NCBI GenBank assembly: GCA_050951325.1
Contig: JBMNIW010000001.1
Coordinates: 224,001-288,000 of the forward strand
Source of the DNA: Clostridia bacterium
Lineage (GTDB): Bacteria > Bacillota > Clostridia > UBA1212 > DUPL01
Reading direction: 5' to 3'
Length of the DNA stretch: 64,000 nucleotides
A program made the position numbers and the translations under genes. The notes beneath the pieces were generated by a model that saw only the letters and a list, made by a program, of their open reading frames with translations, ran no database searches and was not told the DNA's origin. Below are positions 1 to 10,166 of the stretch, one piece after another. How positions within the stretch are numbered: the stretch's first letter is position 1; each line of letters begins with the position of its first letter.

Positions 1-269
1 GCACCATTTGCAGTCATCGATAGAGCAAGCAAAACAGACAAGGGAGATACCAAAGAATTATCCTCTCCCAGGGATCTCTTGAAAAGCTCCATTGAAAACC
101 TGGCTGTACTTTGTATAAATCTCTCGTCCACATCTTTTCCTTCCACCTCGTTTGCCTTGATGCCCTTCATCAAATCCGTTGCATATATTCTGGTTGTACA
201 CGATGTAAGATTTACAATCATTACAACCATCAAAACAAACACAAGACTTAAAGTAACAACTCTTTTCAT
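1..269 (-). CDS. Serpin-family lipoprotein (5' part; runs off window start)
   Basis: Manual translation from ATG at 269: MKRVVTLSLVFVLMVVMIVNLTSC (lipobox-like) ... FSMELFKRSLGEDNSLVSPLSVLLALSMTANG, matching the serpin N-x-x-x-S-P-x-S...AL.M...GA motif. Absent from the ORF track because the stop lies outside the window. Confidence 0.8.
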   Translation of the reverse strand, partial: MKRVVTLSLVFVLMVVMIVNLTSCTTRIYATDLMKGIKANEVEGKDVDERFIQSTARFSMELFKRSLGEDNSLVSPLSVLLALSMTANG

Positions 270-354
270 CTTCTACTCATCCTTTCATAAAGTGGCAACA
301 ATTCCCTGCCTCACTTATTATTCGAACAAGTTAATTAAAACACTCTAGAAACAT

Positions 355-387
355 AAAAAATCCATTGGCCAAAACCAATGGATTTTC
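355..387 (-). terminator. Intrinsic terminator of trp operon
   Basis: Hairpin AAATCCATTGG-ccaaaa-CCAATGGATTT with a T-run on the minus strand, directly after the trpA stop. Confidence 0.8.
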
Positions 388-389
388 GT

Positions 390-1160
390 TCACTCCAATG
401 CCTTTTTGATACTCTTTACAAAATCCTTTACACTAGACGGATCATCAATAAGCCTTGCAATCGCACTGCCAACAATTACTCCCTCGCAGTGATGCTTCAA
501 ACTCATTACCATCTCAGGACTTGAAATGCCAAAACCAATTGCTCTGGGCAAATCAGTAAAGCGCTTTACCTCTTCCATGTACGCAGCCATATCAGTATCC
601 AGTTTGTCCCTTTCCCCAGTCACACCCGTTGTAGAGACACAGTAAACGAAACCTCCCGCCTCCTTTACAATCTCCTTTATTCTTTCATGGGAAGTGGGGG
701 CTACCAAAGGAATGTGGTGCAAACCATACCTCTTTATTACGCCATTTGCTTCGCTTCTTTCCTCAAGAGGAAGATCCGGGATTATAAAGCCGTCGATGCC
801 TGCATCTTTTGAGTCTTTTATAAAACTCTCCACACCGTATCTGAACACCGTGTTGAAGTAAACAAGAAACACAAGTGCAATATCACTTCTCTCCCTTATT
901 CTCCTGACAGCATCAAAAACATCACATACTTTAAGACCCTTTTCCAACGCCTTTGATGCCGCTCTCTGCAAAACGGGGCCATCCGCCAGAGGGTCTGAAT
1001 AAGGTATCCCTATTTCAACAATATCCGCACCTGCATCCGATATTGTATGCACTAATTCTACTGTTGCATCAATATCCGGATACCCGGCTGTTATGTATGC
1101 AATCAATGCTTTTTGTCCCTTGTTCCTCAAGTCCATGAAAACCCTGTCAATCCTGTTCAT
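390..1160 (-). CDS. trpA: Tryptophan synthase alpha chain
   Basis: [29 protein letters not shown] and IGFGIS motifs. Confidence 0.97.
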   Translation of the reverse strand: MNRIDRVFMDLRNKGQKALIAYITAGYPDIDATVELVHTISDAGADIVEIGIPYSDPLADGPVLQRAASKALEKGLKVCDVFDAVRRIRERSDIALVFLVYFNTVFRYGVESFIKDSKDAGIDGFIIPDLPLEERSEANGVIKRYGLHHIPLVAPTSHERIKEIVKEAGGFVYCVSTTGVTGERDKLDTDMAAYMEEVKRFTDLPRAIGFGISSPEMVMSLKHHCEGVIVGSAIARLIDDPSSVKDFVKSIKKALE

Positions 1161-2341
1161 ATTCTCCCCTCCAATATGTTTGATACGGTTTCAACATCCT
1201 TGTCTCCTCTACCTGAAAGATTTACAATCACAATGGAATCTTTTGAAAGCCTTGGCGCCAGTTTTACTGCATAAGCAACAGCATGAGCGCTCTCAAGGGC
1301 TGGAATAATACCTTCGACCCTTGAAAGCAGTAAAAAAGCGTCAATTGCCTCTTTATCCGTAACACTTGCATACTCCGCCCTGCCTGTTTCCTTGTAATAT
1401 GCGTGTTCCGGTCCAATTCCAGGGTAGTCAAGTCCTGCAGAGATTGAATACACAGGCATTATCTGGCCATCGTCGTCCTGAAGAATCATGGTTTTCATGC
1501 CGTGCAGTATGCCAACACTTCCCTTTGCCATGCTGGCTGCATGCATCTTTGTGTCAAGCCCCAAACCAGATGCTTCCACACCAACAAGTTTCACGCTTTT
1601 GTCTTCATAAAAGGCATGGAAAATGCCCATAGCGTTGCTTCCGCCTCCAACACATGCAATTATGCAGTCAGGGAGTTTGTTTTCCTTTTCAAGAATTTGC
1701 CGTCTGGTTTCCTCACCAATAATCTTTTGAAACTCCCTTACCATAAAAGGATAAGGATGAGGACCCACCACAGAACCAATCACATAGAAAGTATCACAAA
1801 CTCTTGCCACCCAGTCCCTTATAGCCTCGTTAACGGCATCCTTGAGCGTGCTTGTTCCCTGGCAGACAGGTGTGACTTTTGCTCCAAGAAGTTCCATCCT
1901 TACAACATTAAGTGCCTGCCTCTTTATATCTTCCTCTCCCATGAAAATCTCGCACTCCATGCCAAACATGGCAGCCACTGTAGCGGTTGCAACGCCATGC
2001 TGGCCTGCTCCCGTTTCGGCAATAATTCTTTTCTTCCCCATGCGTCTTGCCAGGAGAACCTGCCCAATCACATTATTTATCTTGTGGGCTCCGGTGTGAT
2101 TCAAGTCCTCTCTTTTTAAATATACCTTTGCACCCTTTAGTTCCTTGGTAAGGTTTTCTGCAAAGTACAAAGGAGTTGGACGGCCAACATACTCCTTTAG
2201 ATAATATTTGTATTCCTTAAGAAACGCCTCATCCTTTAAAGCATCACTTAAACTTGTCTCAAGCTCGCACAGTGCATTCATTACAGTCTCAGGCACATAC
2301 TGCCCTCCAAAATTACCAAATCTAGATGATATTTTTTCCAT
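1157..2341 (-). CDS. trpB: Tryptophan synthase beta chain
   Basis: [16 protein letters not shown] (PLP lysine), [24 protein letters not shown]. Confidence 0.98.
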   Translation of the reverse strand: MEKISSRFGNFGGQYVPETVMNALCELETSLSDALKDEAFLKEYKYYLKEYVGRPTPLYFAENLTKELKGAKVYLKREDLNHTGAHKINNVIGQVLLARRMGKKRIIAETGAGQHGVATATVAAMFGMECEIFMGEEDIKRQALNVVRMELLGAKVTPVCQGTSTLKDAVNEAIRDWVARVCDTFYVIGSVVGPHPYPFMVREFQKIIGEETRRQILEKENKLPDCIIACVGGGSNAMGIFHAFYEDKSVKLVGVEASGLGLDTKMHAASMAKGSVGILHGMKTMILQDDDGQIMPVYSISAGLDYPGIGPEHAYYKETGRAEYASVTDKEAIDAFLLLSRVEGIIPALESAHAVAYAVKLAPRLSKDSIVIVNLSGRGDKDVETVSNILEGRI

Positions 2342-2942
2342 ATTCCCTCACCCTCTTCACAAACTCTTTCATCTTATCAAAATCCTTTACACCCTCTGTT
2401 TCCACACCGCTGCTTACATCCACCGCATACGGTTTTACCCTTTCAATTGCCAAAGATACATTATTGCAATTCAAACCTCCTGCAAGTATTACTTTTGAGT
2501 TTAATTCTTCCTTCTCTATCAAACCAAAATCAAATACCTTCCCGGTACCCCCATACATGCCTTCCACAAACGCATCAAAAAGAACTCCTGGGCATTTGTA
2601 TAACCTTGCCCTTTCCACATCTTCCTTGCATGAAACCCTAACAGCCTTCCATATGTCCACATCAAGACCAAGATACTCGCCAAGGTCTTCTTCTCCGTGA
2701 AGCTGCACAATATCAAGGGAAAGAACTTCTACAGCCTTTTGAATTTCATAAGCCCTTTCATTTACAAATACCCCCACCCTTTTTATGCCAGAATCAAGCT
2801 TGTCAACAAGCTTTTTTGCTTCCTCAAGAGACACCTGCCTTCTACTTTTTGCAAACACAAACCCTGCATAATCCACTTTAAGTTCGTTGACATAGGAAAT
2901 GTCTACATCTCTTTTCAACCCACACACCTTTATACGTACCAC
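2322..2942 (-). CDS. trpF: Phosphoribosylanthranilate isomerase
   Basis: [33 protein letters not shown]. Confidence 0.96.
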   Translation of the reverse strand: MVRIKVCGLKRDVDISYVNELKVDYAGFVFAKSRRQVSLEEAKKLVDKLDSGIKRVGVFVNERAYEIQKAVEVLSLDIVQLHGEEDLGEYLGLDVDIWKAVRVSCKEDVERARLYKCPGVLFDAFVEGMYGGTGKVFDFGLIEKEELNSKVILAGGLNCNNVSLAIERVKPYAVDVSSGVETEGVKDFDKMKEFVKRVREYGKNII

Positions 2943-3716
2943 TCATTTCCCTCCCTTTAAGCTTTTTATATCCTCATAAATATTCTTGCTTTTGGACAAG
3001 GTCTCTCCAATCAAGAAAGCATTTACATTAAAAGAACGAAGATAACTTATGTCTTCATATGTTTTAATTCCGCTTTCAGAAACCTTTACCACATCATCCG
3101 GAATCAAAGGAACAAGTCTTTTTGTGGTTTCAAGACTTACAGAAAAATCTTTCAGATCTCGGTTGTTAATACCAATAACTCTAGCCCCGGCTTCAAGAGC
3201 AGTATAAACTTCCCTTTCATCGTGCACCTCCACAAGGCACTCAAGACCAAGATCCTTTGCCAGGGTGTAAAACTCTTTTGTTCTTTCCTTGAGAAGGGCA
3301 ACTATCAGCAGTACGGCATCGGCGCCTAATGCTTTTGTCTGAAAAAGCTGGTATTCGTCAACAACAAAGTCTTTTCGAAGAACGGGGCAATTTACCACTT
3401 CCCTTACGTTTTCCAAAATCCTGTCACTTCCAAGAAAGAACTTCTCCTCAGTCAACACGGATATTGCATCAGCACCACCTTCTTCATACATCCTTGCCAC
3501 TTGTACATGATCAAGCTTGTCATTGATTATCCCTTTTGAAGGAGATGCTTTCTTTATCTCGGCAATAATCCTTACTATTTTGCCAGACAAGGCCTTTTTA
3601 AAGACATCTTTTCTTTTGGTATCCTTTATCTTTTTTTCCAAATCGGATAGACTGTATTGCTCCTTTTCAATTGCAAGCCTTTTTTTCTTCTCAAAAACTA
3701 TTCTCTCAAGCATCAA
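2943..3716 (-). CDS. trpC: Indole-3-glycerol phosphate synthase
   Basis: [35 protein letters not shown]. Confidence 0.97.
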   Translation of the reverse strand: MMLERIVFEKKKRLAIEKEQYSLSDLEKKIKDTKRKDVFKKALSGKIVRIIAEIKKASPSKGIINDKLDHVQVARMYEEGGADAISVLTEEKFFLGSDRILENVREVVNCPVLRKDFVVDEYQLFQTKALGADAVLLIVALLKERTKEFYTLAKDLGLECLVEVHDEREVYTALEAGARVIGINNRDLKDFSVSLETTKRLVPLIPDDVVKVSESGIKTYEDISYLRSFNVNAFLIGETLSKSKNIYEDIKSLKGGK

Positions 3717-4714
3717 ACCACCTCTCTAAGTTCTTCAAGCTTTGCCATTGCCGCTCCCGAATTCACCAGGTATTCAGCCATAACCAAACCTTCATTGATA
3801 CTCTCTACCTTATTTCCTACATACAAGGCACACGCTGCATTAAGAAGCACAATGTCCCTTTCAAATCCCTTCTTCCCCTTGAATATGTCGGTTATTATCT
3901 TCGCATTGTACTCCGCATCTCCACCTTTGATATCCTCAAGTCTTGCATAGGGAATATTGAAATCCGCAGGATCTATTTCATAACTTGTTATTTCTCCATC
4001 TTTTATCTCACTGACAAGGGTCTTTGTGGTGGTTGTAACCTCGTCAAGACCATCAAGTCCATGAACCACCATTGCTCTTTTGGTTCCCAGGTTTCGCAAA
4101 ACCTCTGCCAGCATGGATACAAGTCCCTTGTCGAATACCCCAAGCACCTGGCCTTTGACACCTGCAGGATTTGTAACGGGACCAAGAATATTAAACACAG
4201 TCCTTATGCCCAGCTCTCTCCTGACAAGGGCAACATTCTTCATGGAGGTGTGGTAATACGGAGCAAACAGAAATCCAAAGTTTGCTTTGTTGACGCTCTC
4301 TACAAAAACCTCAGGAGTCATTTGAATCTTTATGCCGAGAGCGTTAAGCACATCAGCACTTCCACTCTTGCTCGATATTGCCCTGTTTCCATGCTTTGCA
4401 ACCTTTATACCTGCACAGCTGGCAATAATTGCACTGGCGGTGGATATGTTGAAAGTCCTGCCGCCATCACCTCCTGTGCCACAGGTATCAATGGCATAAT
4501 CCTCAATCTCCACCTTAAGGGCACTGTTCCTCATTGCCACGGCACATCCGGTTATCTCGTTGACCGTCTCGCCCTTCATTCTTAGTGCAGCAAGAAACGC
4601 ACCTACCTGAGAGGTGGTGGCCTCTCCCTTCATTATTGCGTTCATTGAATCTACAGCTTCCGAATAACTCAAATCCTCACGCATGATTATCTTTTTAAGC
4701 ATTGCATCAAGCAT
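3713..4714 (-). CDS. trpD: Anthranilate phosphoribosyltransferase
   Basis: [34 protein letters not shown]. Confidence 0.97.
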   Translation of the reverse strand: MLDAMLKKIIMREDLSYSEAVDSMNAIMKGEATTSQVGAFLAALRMKGETVNEITGCAVAMRNSALKVEIEDYAIDTCGTGGDGGRTFNISTASAIIASCAGIKVAKHGNRAISSKSGSADVLNALGIKIQMTPEVFVESVNKANFGFLFAPYYHTSMKNVALVRRELGIRTVFNILGPVTNPAGVKGQVLGVFDKGLVSMLAEVLRNLGTKRAMVVHGLDGLDEVTTTTKTLVSEIKDGEITSYEIDPADFNIPYARLEDIKGGDAEYNAKIITDIFKGKKGFERDIVLLNAACALYVGNKVESINEGLVMAEYLVNSGAAMAKLEELREVV

Positions 4715-5279
4715 TCTTAATCCCTCCTACAAAATTCCCAATAATCTTCTTCCCTTTCTCCGTAATTATTGACTCAGGATGGAACTCAAGCCCGTAAACA
4801 GGAAGACTTTTATGCCTGACAGCCATTATCGTTCCTTCCAAGGTGTGAGCACATACTTCAAGAACATCAGGCAGACTACTCTCATTCAGCTTGAAAGAGT
4901 GGTATCTGGCTGTAAGGATTGGATTCTTCACACCCTTGAATATGCCTTTTCCATCATGAAGAACAATGGATGTCTTGCCATGCATGCCCTTGACATCAGG
5001 CAAAACACCGCCTCCATAAGCACAACCTATAACTTCCATTCCCAGCCCTATTCCCAATATGGGGATTTGCGAAGACAACTCCTTTACAATACCAACGCAG
5101 TTGCCTGCATCTTTCGCTCTTCCCGGACCTGAGGACATAACTATTCCCTTTACATTCATGTCCTGTATTTCAGATATGGCCACCAAATTGCTCACCACCC
5201 GCACATTTGGAAAAACCTCTCCCACGCACTGATAGATGTTGTACGCAAAGGAATCACCATTATCAATAACCAGTATCAT
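4707..5279 (-). CDS. trpG: Anthranilate synthase component II (glutamine amidotransferase-like; nucleophile Cys replaced by Gly)
   Basis: MILVIDN.DSF, SGPG, RYHS and FHPES motifs plus operon position; GIGLG instead of GICLG. Confidence 0.92.
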   Translation of the reverse strand: MILVIDNGDSFAYNIYQCVGEVFPNVRVVSNLVAISEIQDMNVKGIVMSSGPGRAKDAGNCVGIVKELSSQIPILGIGLGMEVIGCAYGGGVLPDVKGMHGKTSIVLHDGKGIFKGVKNPILTARYHSFKLNESSLPDVLEVCAHTLEGTIMAVRHKSLPVYGLEFHPESIITEKGKKIIGNFVGGIKNA

Positions 5280-6703
5280 CCGAGCACCTCCTTCAATGCC
5301 TTGGCCTTGTTCTGTATCTCTTCATACTCCCTTTCAGGACAGGAATCATAAACAATGCCGCATCCTGCCTGTATGCAAGCCTTTCTATCCTTGAAAACAA
5401 TCGTCCTTATGGCAATACACATATCCATGTTTCCTGAAAAGTCGAAGTATCCAATACTGCCTGCATAAATGCCCCTGCTTACATTCTCCAGCCCATCAAT
5501 AATTTCCATGGCTCTTGGCTTTGGAGCTCCTGAGACAGTTCCTGCTGGAAGACAGGCGTAAAGGGCATCAAAACAATCTTTTCCTTCCTGCAGCTGACCG
5601 GATATGGTGGAAACAATGTGCATGACATGGGAATACATTTCTATCTCCATGTATTTGTCAACCTTTACAGACCCAAACTTGCACACCTTTCCAAGGTCAT
5701 TTCTTCCCAAATCCACAAGCATGACGTGTTCCGCCCGTTCTTTTGCGTCATTCAAAAGCTCTTCTCTGAGAAGATTGTCCTCTTCCTCATTCCTTCCTCT
5801 TTTCCTTGTTCCGGCAATTGGATTTGTGGCAACCACACCGTCCTTTACCTTAACCAGACTTTCCGGAGAGGAACCCACAACCTGAAAATCTCCAAAGTCA
5901 ATATGGAACATATATGGGGAGGGGTTTAGGGTTCTCAATTTCCTGTATGCATCAAAAGGTTCAATATTTGTTTCCTGTATAAATCTTTGAGATAAAACAA
6001 CCTGGAACACATCCCCCAACTCAATATATTTTTTTGCCTTGTCAACAACTTCGACAAATTCTTGTTCGTCAAAGTTTGACTCAAACCCTTTGGTTTGGAA
6101 ATAAGCAGACTCTGTAATACAAGCATTACTGCTTTGTATCTTTTCTTTAATATCCAAAAGCTTTTTTACAATTTCGTCGTAAGATCTGTCATCACCAGGC
6201 AGCACATTGTGTATGATGTATAAACGATGAGTAAAGTGGTCATACACAAGCACTTCCTTATAGAGCATCAGGTACGCATCAGGAAGATTTAAGTCGTCCT
6301 TGTTGTTTGACTTGATATTCAAATACTGCCTTGCCACATCATATCCGACATATCCTACAGCACCACCAAAGAAAGGCAGACCATGTTTTGTTTCAGATAC
6401 TTCATACCTCCCCATTACCTCTTTTAACACATCCAGTACACTGCCTATAAATTTCCTATCGCCTACCCAGACTTCCTCACCATAACTTTTTATGGTCAAG
6501 TATGGAGTAAAGCCAAGAAGAGAATACCTTCCCCAGCTCTTGCCGCACTCTGCGCTTTCTAGAAGAAACTTTTTCTCTCCCTTAAGGCTGTAGAACAAAC
6601 CTATAGGAGTCATCAAATCCGCATTCATTTCCAGTTTGACTGGAATATATGAAGCGGAATTTCTTTTCAAATCGAGGAACTCTTCCTTGGTGGGATAAAT
6701 CAT
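5276..6703 (-). CDS. trpE: Anthranilate synthase component I
   Basis: LLES, NPSPYM, GSSPE, PIAGTR, KERAEHVMLVDLGRND, PAGTVSGAPK; ATG at 6703 preceded by AAGGAG. Confidence 0.96.
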   Translation of the reverse strand: MIYPTKEEFLDLKRNSASYIPVKLEMNADLMTPIGLFYSLKGEKKFLLESAECGKSWGRYSLLGFTPYLTIKSYGEEVWVGDRKFIGSVLDVLKEVMGRYEVSETKHGLPFFGGAVGYVGYDVARQYLNIKSNNKDDLNLPDAYLMLYKEVLVYDHFTHRLYIIHNVLPGDDRSYDEIVKKLLDIKEKIQSSNACITESAYFQTKGFESNFDEQEFVEVVDKAKKYIELGDVFQVVLSQRFIQETNIEPFDAYRKLRTLNPSPYMFHIDFGDFQVVGSSPESLVKVKDGVVATNPIAGTRKRGRNEEEDNLLREELLNDAKERAEHVMLVDLGRNDLGKVCKFGSVKVDKYMEIEMYSHVMHIVSTISGQLQEGKDCFDALYACLPAGTVSGAPKPRAMEIIDGLENVSRGIYAGSIGYFDFSGNMDMCIAIRTIVFKDRKACIQAGCGIVYDSCPEREYEEIQNKAKALKEVLG

Positions 6704-6733
6704 TAGTATCACTCCTTTAAGATTTTTGTGTAT

Positions 6734-7070
6734 AAAAAAAGGGCAGCTCATCCCATGGGACGAGTTACCCTCGTGGTGCCACCCAATTTCAGCTGTCTGG
6801 CAAAGCTACTTTAAAAAAAGGCATTTCATCCTTTTAGGACGAAATGCCAATAATTTCGTTAGCCACCCAAACAGCCATCTCATTCCAGGTACGGAAAGTT
6901 TCACTTTCGATACCCTGTCCTTTTAACGGTGGACTTCCGGTTAATGCTACTTCAAGGTTCGCACAACTTCTCCCAGGCCCATTCAGCTGCACTTAAGGTA
7001 CCGCATTCCCACCACCAACGGCTCTCTGAAACCATCCATCCAGCCTACTCTTCCTGTTCATAGAATTTGG
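6734..7070 (-). promoter_or_regulatory. Trp T-box riboswitch leader
   Basis: Minus strand: AGTA/AGAGA/GGTG stem-I motifs, specifier GAA-TGG-GCC (TGG at 6979-6981), T-box AATTGGGTGGCACCACG (6772-6788), terminator hairpin plus T7 (6734-6770). Confidence 0.93.
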
Positions 7071-7088
7071 CTGTATTAAATTTCCGAT

Positions 7089-7117
7089 ATGGTACAACAT
7101 ATATCCTATAATGTCAA
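7089..7117 (-). promoter_or_regulatory. SigmaA-type promoter of trp leader
   Basis: TTGACA-N17-TACCAT on the minus strand just upstream of stem I. Confidence 0.65.
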
Positions 7118-7143
7118 GAGGTATTTAAAAACTTTTCTGTATA

Positions 7144-8214
7144 TTATATGCGAATCTTTTCGCCATTGTACACTTTAACAGTTTCAACAAAAGCAAGAAT
7201 ATTTTCAAAGGGAACCTCAGGTTCCAATACATGGGTAGGAGCAAGAACCAAACCGCCATTGTCTTCTCTTGCCTTGTCAATCATCTTCATGCAAAAATCT
7301 CTAACTTCTGAAGGAGTGCCAAAAGGCATCAGCGTCTGAGTCCCCAAAGTACCCCATAAAGTCAATTTGTCCTTGTATTCATCCTTAATCCTTAACGGAT
7401 CCATGCACTCTGGCTGTACAGGGTTGAGTATTTCAACGCCAATCTCTATCAAGTCAGGTATAATCTTCGTTAGATTTCCATCTCCATGGTAGAAAATAAA
7501 TATGTCAGGATTAATCTCTTTTGCGCAAGCTATAACTTTTTCCAACCTGCCCTTTAAATACTTTTTCCACATATCCGGGGACATCATCATATCCAGTTGT
7601 GTAGAAACATCATCACCAAGCCTTAATATGTCGCAGCCTGCTTTTGCGTACATTCTGGCAAACGTGCATTTTATCTCTGTAATTCTGTCCAAAAGACAAT
7701 TTGCCATATCCTCATTGAAGGTCATGTCTAAAAAGAGATTCTCCATACCTCTCAAATACCACGCAGTTTCAAAGATTGTGCATTCAAGACCTCCTGAAAC
7801 CACCGTATCTTTTTCTATCAGGGATTTTACATCCCTTTCAAGCTTCTCCCAGTTAAAATTAAGGTTCGCATCGGGAAAGGGGTACTCAAGAATCTCGTAA
7901 ACACACTCAAACTTTTCCATTGGATGCACCATTTTTGTAAAATGGGCCATGGACCCTTTAACATGGCCTACACCCCATTCCGGCTCGATGTATATATTGT
8001 CAGAATCATAGTATTTTTCGAATCTTTGAGAGCCAAGATTGATTAACTCAGGATATGTCCCCCTTAGTGGGAATTTGTAGTACTCGACATAATTCCTGCT
8101 GCCGGTTCTTTGCATGAATTCTTCATATTTCGACGGGCACAGACAGAATTCAAAAGGTATATACGAACCGTTCCTTCTTCTAATAGCGTCCAGAGTCTTC
8201 TTTCTTACAGACAT
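7144..8214 (-). CDS. Uroporphyrinogen decarboxylase/cobalamin-independent methyltransferase (URO-D) family protein
   Basis: IFETAWYLRGMENL, LGDD, YHGDG, LNPVQPECMD, GTPSEV, APTH..EPEVPFENI. Confidence 0.85.
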   Translation of the reverse strand: MSVRKKTLDAIRRRNGSYIPFEFCLCPSKYEEFMQRTGSRNYVEYYKFPLRGTYPELINLGSQRFEKYYDSDNIYIEPEWGVGHVKGSMAHFTKMVHPMEKFECVYEILEYPFPDANLNFNWEKLERDVKSLIEKDTVVSGGLECTIFETAWYLRGMENLFLDMTFNEDMANCLLDRITEIKCTFARMYAKAGCDILRLGDDVSTQLDMMMSPDMWKKYLKGRLEKVIACAKEINPDIFIFYHGDGNLTKIIPDLIEIGVEILNPVQPECMDPLRIKDEYKDKLTLWGTLGTQTLMPFGTPSEVRDFCMKMIDKAREDNGGLVLAPTHVLEPEVPFENILAFVETVKVYNGEKIRI

Positions 8215-8350
8215 ATTTCATACCTCTTTTTTATTGATTTTAGTTCATATTCCAAACAAAATCAATTGTTTTTGCTTACAGGTATAAACTATTTTCCTAT
8301 AATACCGATACGATATATAGTATTAATTTTTTACTGAAAGGAGCAGCCAA

Positions 8351-8752
8351 ATGGAAGTTAAATGGACAACCAATCTATCAGTTGGAGTAGAAAAGATTGA
8401 TGAGCAGCATAAAATATGGTTTGATAAAGCAAACAACCTATTTCAGGCTGGAAAGAACAGAAAATCAAGAGAAGTAATCGAGGAAATGCTTCAATTTCTT
8501 GATGAATATACAAAAGAACATTTCAGCGATGAAGAAGCATACATGGAACAGATAAAGTATCCTGGTCTGGAAGAGCAAAAGGCAGCTCATGCAAACTTTA
8601 TCAAGGAACTGGCAAAACTGAAACAGGACTATGAAGAGTCCGGCGGCAATGTCGCAGTTATAATCAACGCCAACGTGTTGATTATAAACTGGTTGACACA
8701 ACACATATCCAACATGGACAAGCAGATTGGCGTTTATGCCAAAGGCCTTTAA
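8351..8752 (+). CDS. Bacteriohemerythrin
   Basis: W...LSVG..IDEQH, EHFSDEE.YM..YP, H..F, WL..HI..MD. Confidence 0.92.
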   Translation: MEVKWTTNLSVGVEKIDEQHKIWFDKANNLFQAGKNRKSREVIEEMLQFLDEYTKEHFSDEEAYMEQIKYPGLEEQKAAHANFIKELAKLKQDYEESGGNVAVIINANVLIINWLTQHISNMDKQIGVYAKGL

Positions 8753-8772
8753 TCTGAAAGGAGCGTTCTGTC

Positions 8773-9180
8773 ATGGAAGCTATTAAATGGACAAATGATT
8801 TGTCAGTTGGTCTTGCCCACATTGACAACCAGCATAAAATATTTTTGGAAAAGGCGAACAATCTTTTTGAAGCAGGAAAGAATAGAAAATCAAAAGAAGT
8901 AATTGCTGAAATGCTTGATTTTCTTGAAGCTTATGCAAATGAACACTTCAGAGATGAAGAAGCGTACATGGCACAAATTAATTACCCTGGTCTTGAGCAG
9001 CAGAGAAGCGCCCATCAGGGTTTTGTAGAAGAGCTAAACAAATTAAAGGAAGAATATGAGCAATCAGGCGGCAATGTAGCCTTGATTATTGATTCTTATG
9101 TAATGATAATGAACTGGCTTACAAAACACATATCTAACATGGACAAAAAGATCGGAGATTTTGCGAAAAACAGGAAATAA
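8773..9180 (+). CDS. Bacteriohemerythrin (tandem paralogue)
   Basis: Same motifs: IDNQH, HFRDEE, YP...H, WLTKHISNMD. Confidence 0.92.
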   Translation: MEAIKWTNDLSVGLAHIDNQHKIFLEKANNLFEAGKNRKSKEVIAEMLDFLEAYANEHFRDEEAYMAQINYPGLEQQRSAHQGFVEELNKLKEEYEQSGGNVALIIDSYVMIMNWLTKHISNMDKKIGDFAKNRK

Positions 9181-9204
9181 GGCCGCACATTATGCGGCTT
9201 TTTT
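9179..9204 (+). terminator. Intrinsic terminator
   Basis: GGCCGCA-catta-TGCGGCT followed by a T-run. Confidence 0.75.
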
Positions 9205-9227
9205 GTTTTTTCAAGGGAGATGATTGA

Positions 9228-10136
9228 ATGTCAGAATACGTTCCAGGGTATAAAAATCTGTTGGATACTGGAGAACTTGAAATAAGAGTACGTATACTTA
9301 ATGAGAAGCTTAATAAATGCACCCTTTGTCCCCATCAGTGCAGAGCGTACAGAAATCAAGGCGAAAAAGGTATATGCAATGCAGGCAGCAGCACCGTTAT
9401 TAGTAGTTATGGTCCACATTACGGTGAGGAAGATGTTTTGGTTGGAAGATATGGTTCGGGAACCATATTCTTCAGCTGGTGCAACCTAAGATGTGTTTTT
9501 TGTCAAAACTTCCGCATAAGCCACTATGGAGAAGGTTATGAAACAAAAACCCAGGAGCTGGCGGAAATAATGCTCTCCCTTCAAAGAATGGGATGTCATA
9601 ACATAAACCTCGTATCCCCTACGATATATGTTCCACAGATAGTAGAAGCGGTGTTCATTGCTGCAAAAAGAGGTCTTGGAATTCCTCTTGTATACAATAC
9701 AGGAGGTTATGACAGTATGGAAACCCTGAAACTGCTTGACGGCATCATAGACATATACATGCCTGACCTGAAGTTCTTTGATAACGATGAAGCGTATAAG
9801 TACACAAAAGCCTCTGAATATCTCATTGTGGCAAGCAAGGCAGTGAAAGAGATGTTCAGACAGGTTGGCACCCTTAAAACTGATGAAAGAAATATTGCAT
9901 ACAAAGGCCTTATGATTAGACATCTTGTCATGCCTGACAATTTGGAAAACACGAAAAGAATCCTTTCTTTCATCGCAAATGAAATATCAAATGACACATA
10001 TGTAAATATCATGCCCCAGTACTATCCCGCACACATGGCTTTTAATTATACAGAATTATCCCAAAGGCTTTCCACAAGCGAATATACTGCCGCTATAAAC
10101 CATGCAAAGAAATTGGGTCTTAGTAACTTTCTATAA
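9228..10136 (+). CDS. Radical SAM protein (PflX-like)
   Basis: CTLCPHQC N-terminal motif, GSGTIFF..CNLRCVFCQN (CxxxCxxC), GCHNINLV, DIYMPDLK, IRHLVMP. Confidence 0.9.
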   Translation: MSEYVPGYKNLLDTGELEIRVRILNEKLNKCTLCPHQCRAYRNQGEKGICNAGSSTVISSYGPHYGEEDVLVGRYGSGTIFFSWCNLRCVFCQNFRISHYGEGYETKTQELAEIMLSLQRMGCHNINLVSPTIYVPQIVEAVFIAAKRGLGIPLVYNTGGYDSMETLKLLDGIIDIYMPDLKFFDNDEAYKYTKASEYLIVASKAVKEMFRQVGTLKTDERNIAYKGLMIRHLVMPDNLENTKRILSFIANEISNDTYVNIMPQYYPAHMAFNYTELSQRLSTSEYTAAINHAKKLGLSNFL

Positions 10137-10166
10137 CCCCATGTAAAGATGCGTTCAATATCATTA

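Noticed and set aside
6726-6926. Leader-peptide attenuator for trp
   Set aside because: This ORF is on the opposite strand to the operon, and the T-box explains the leader.
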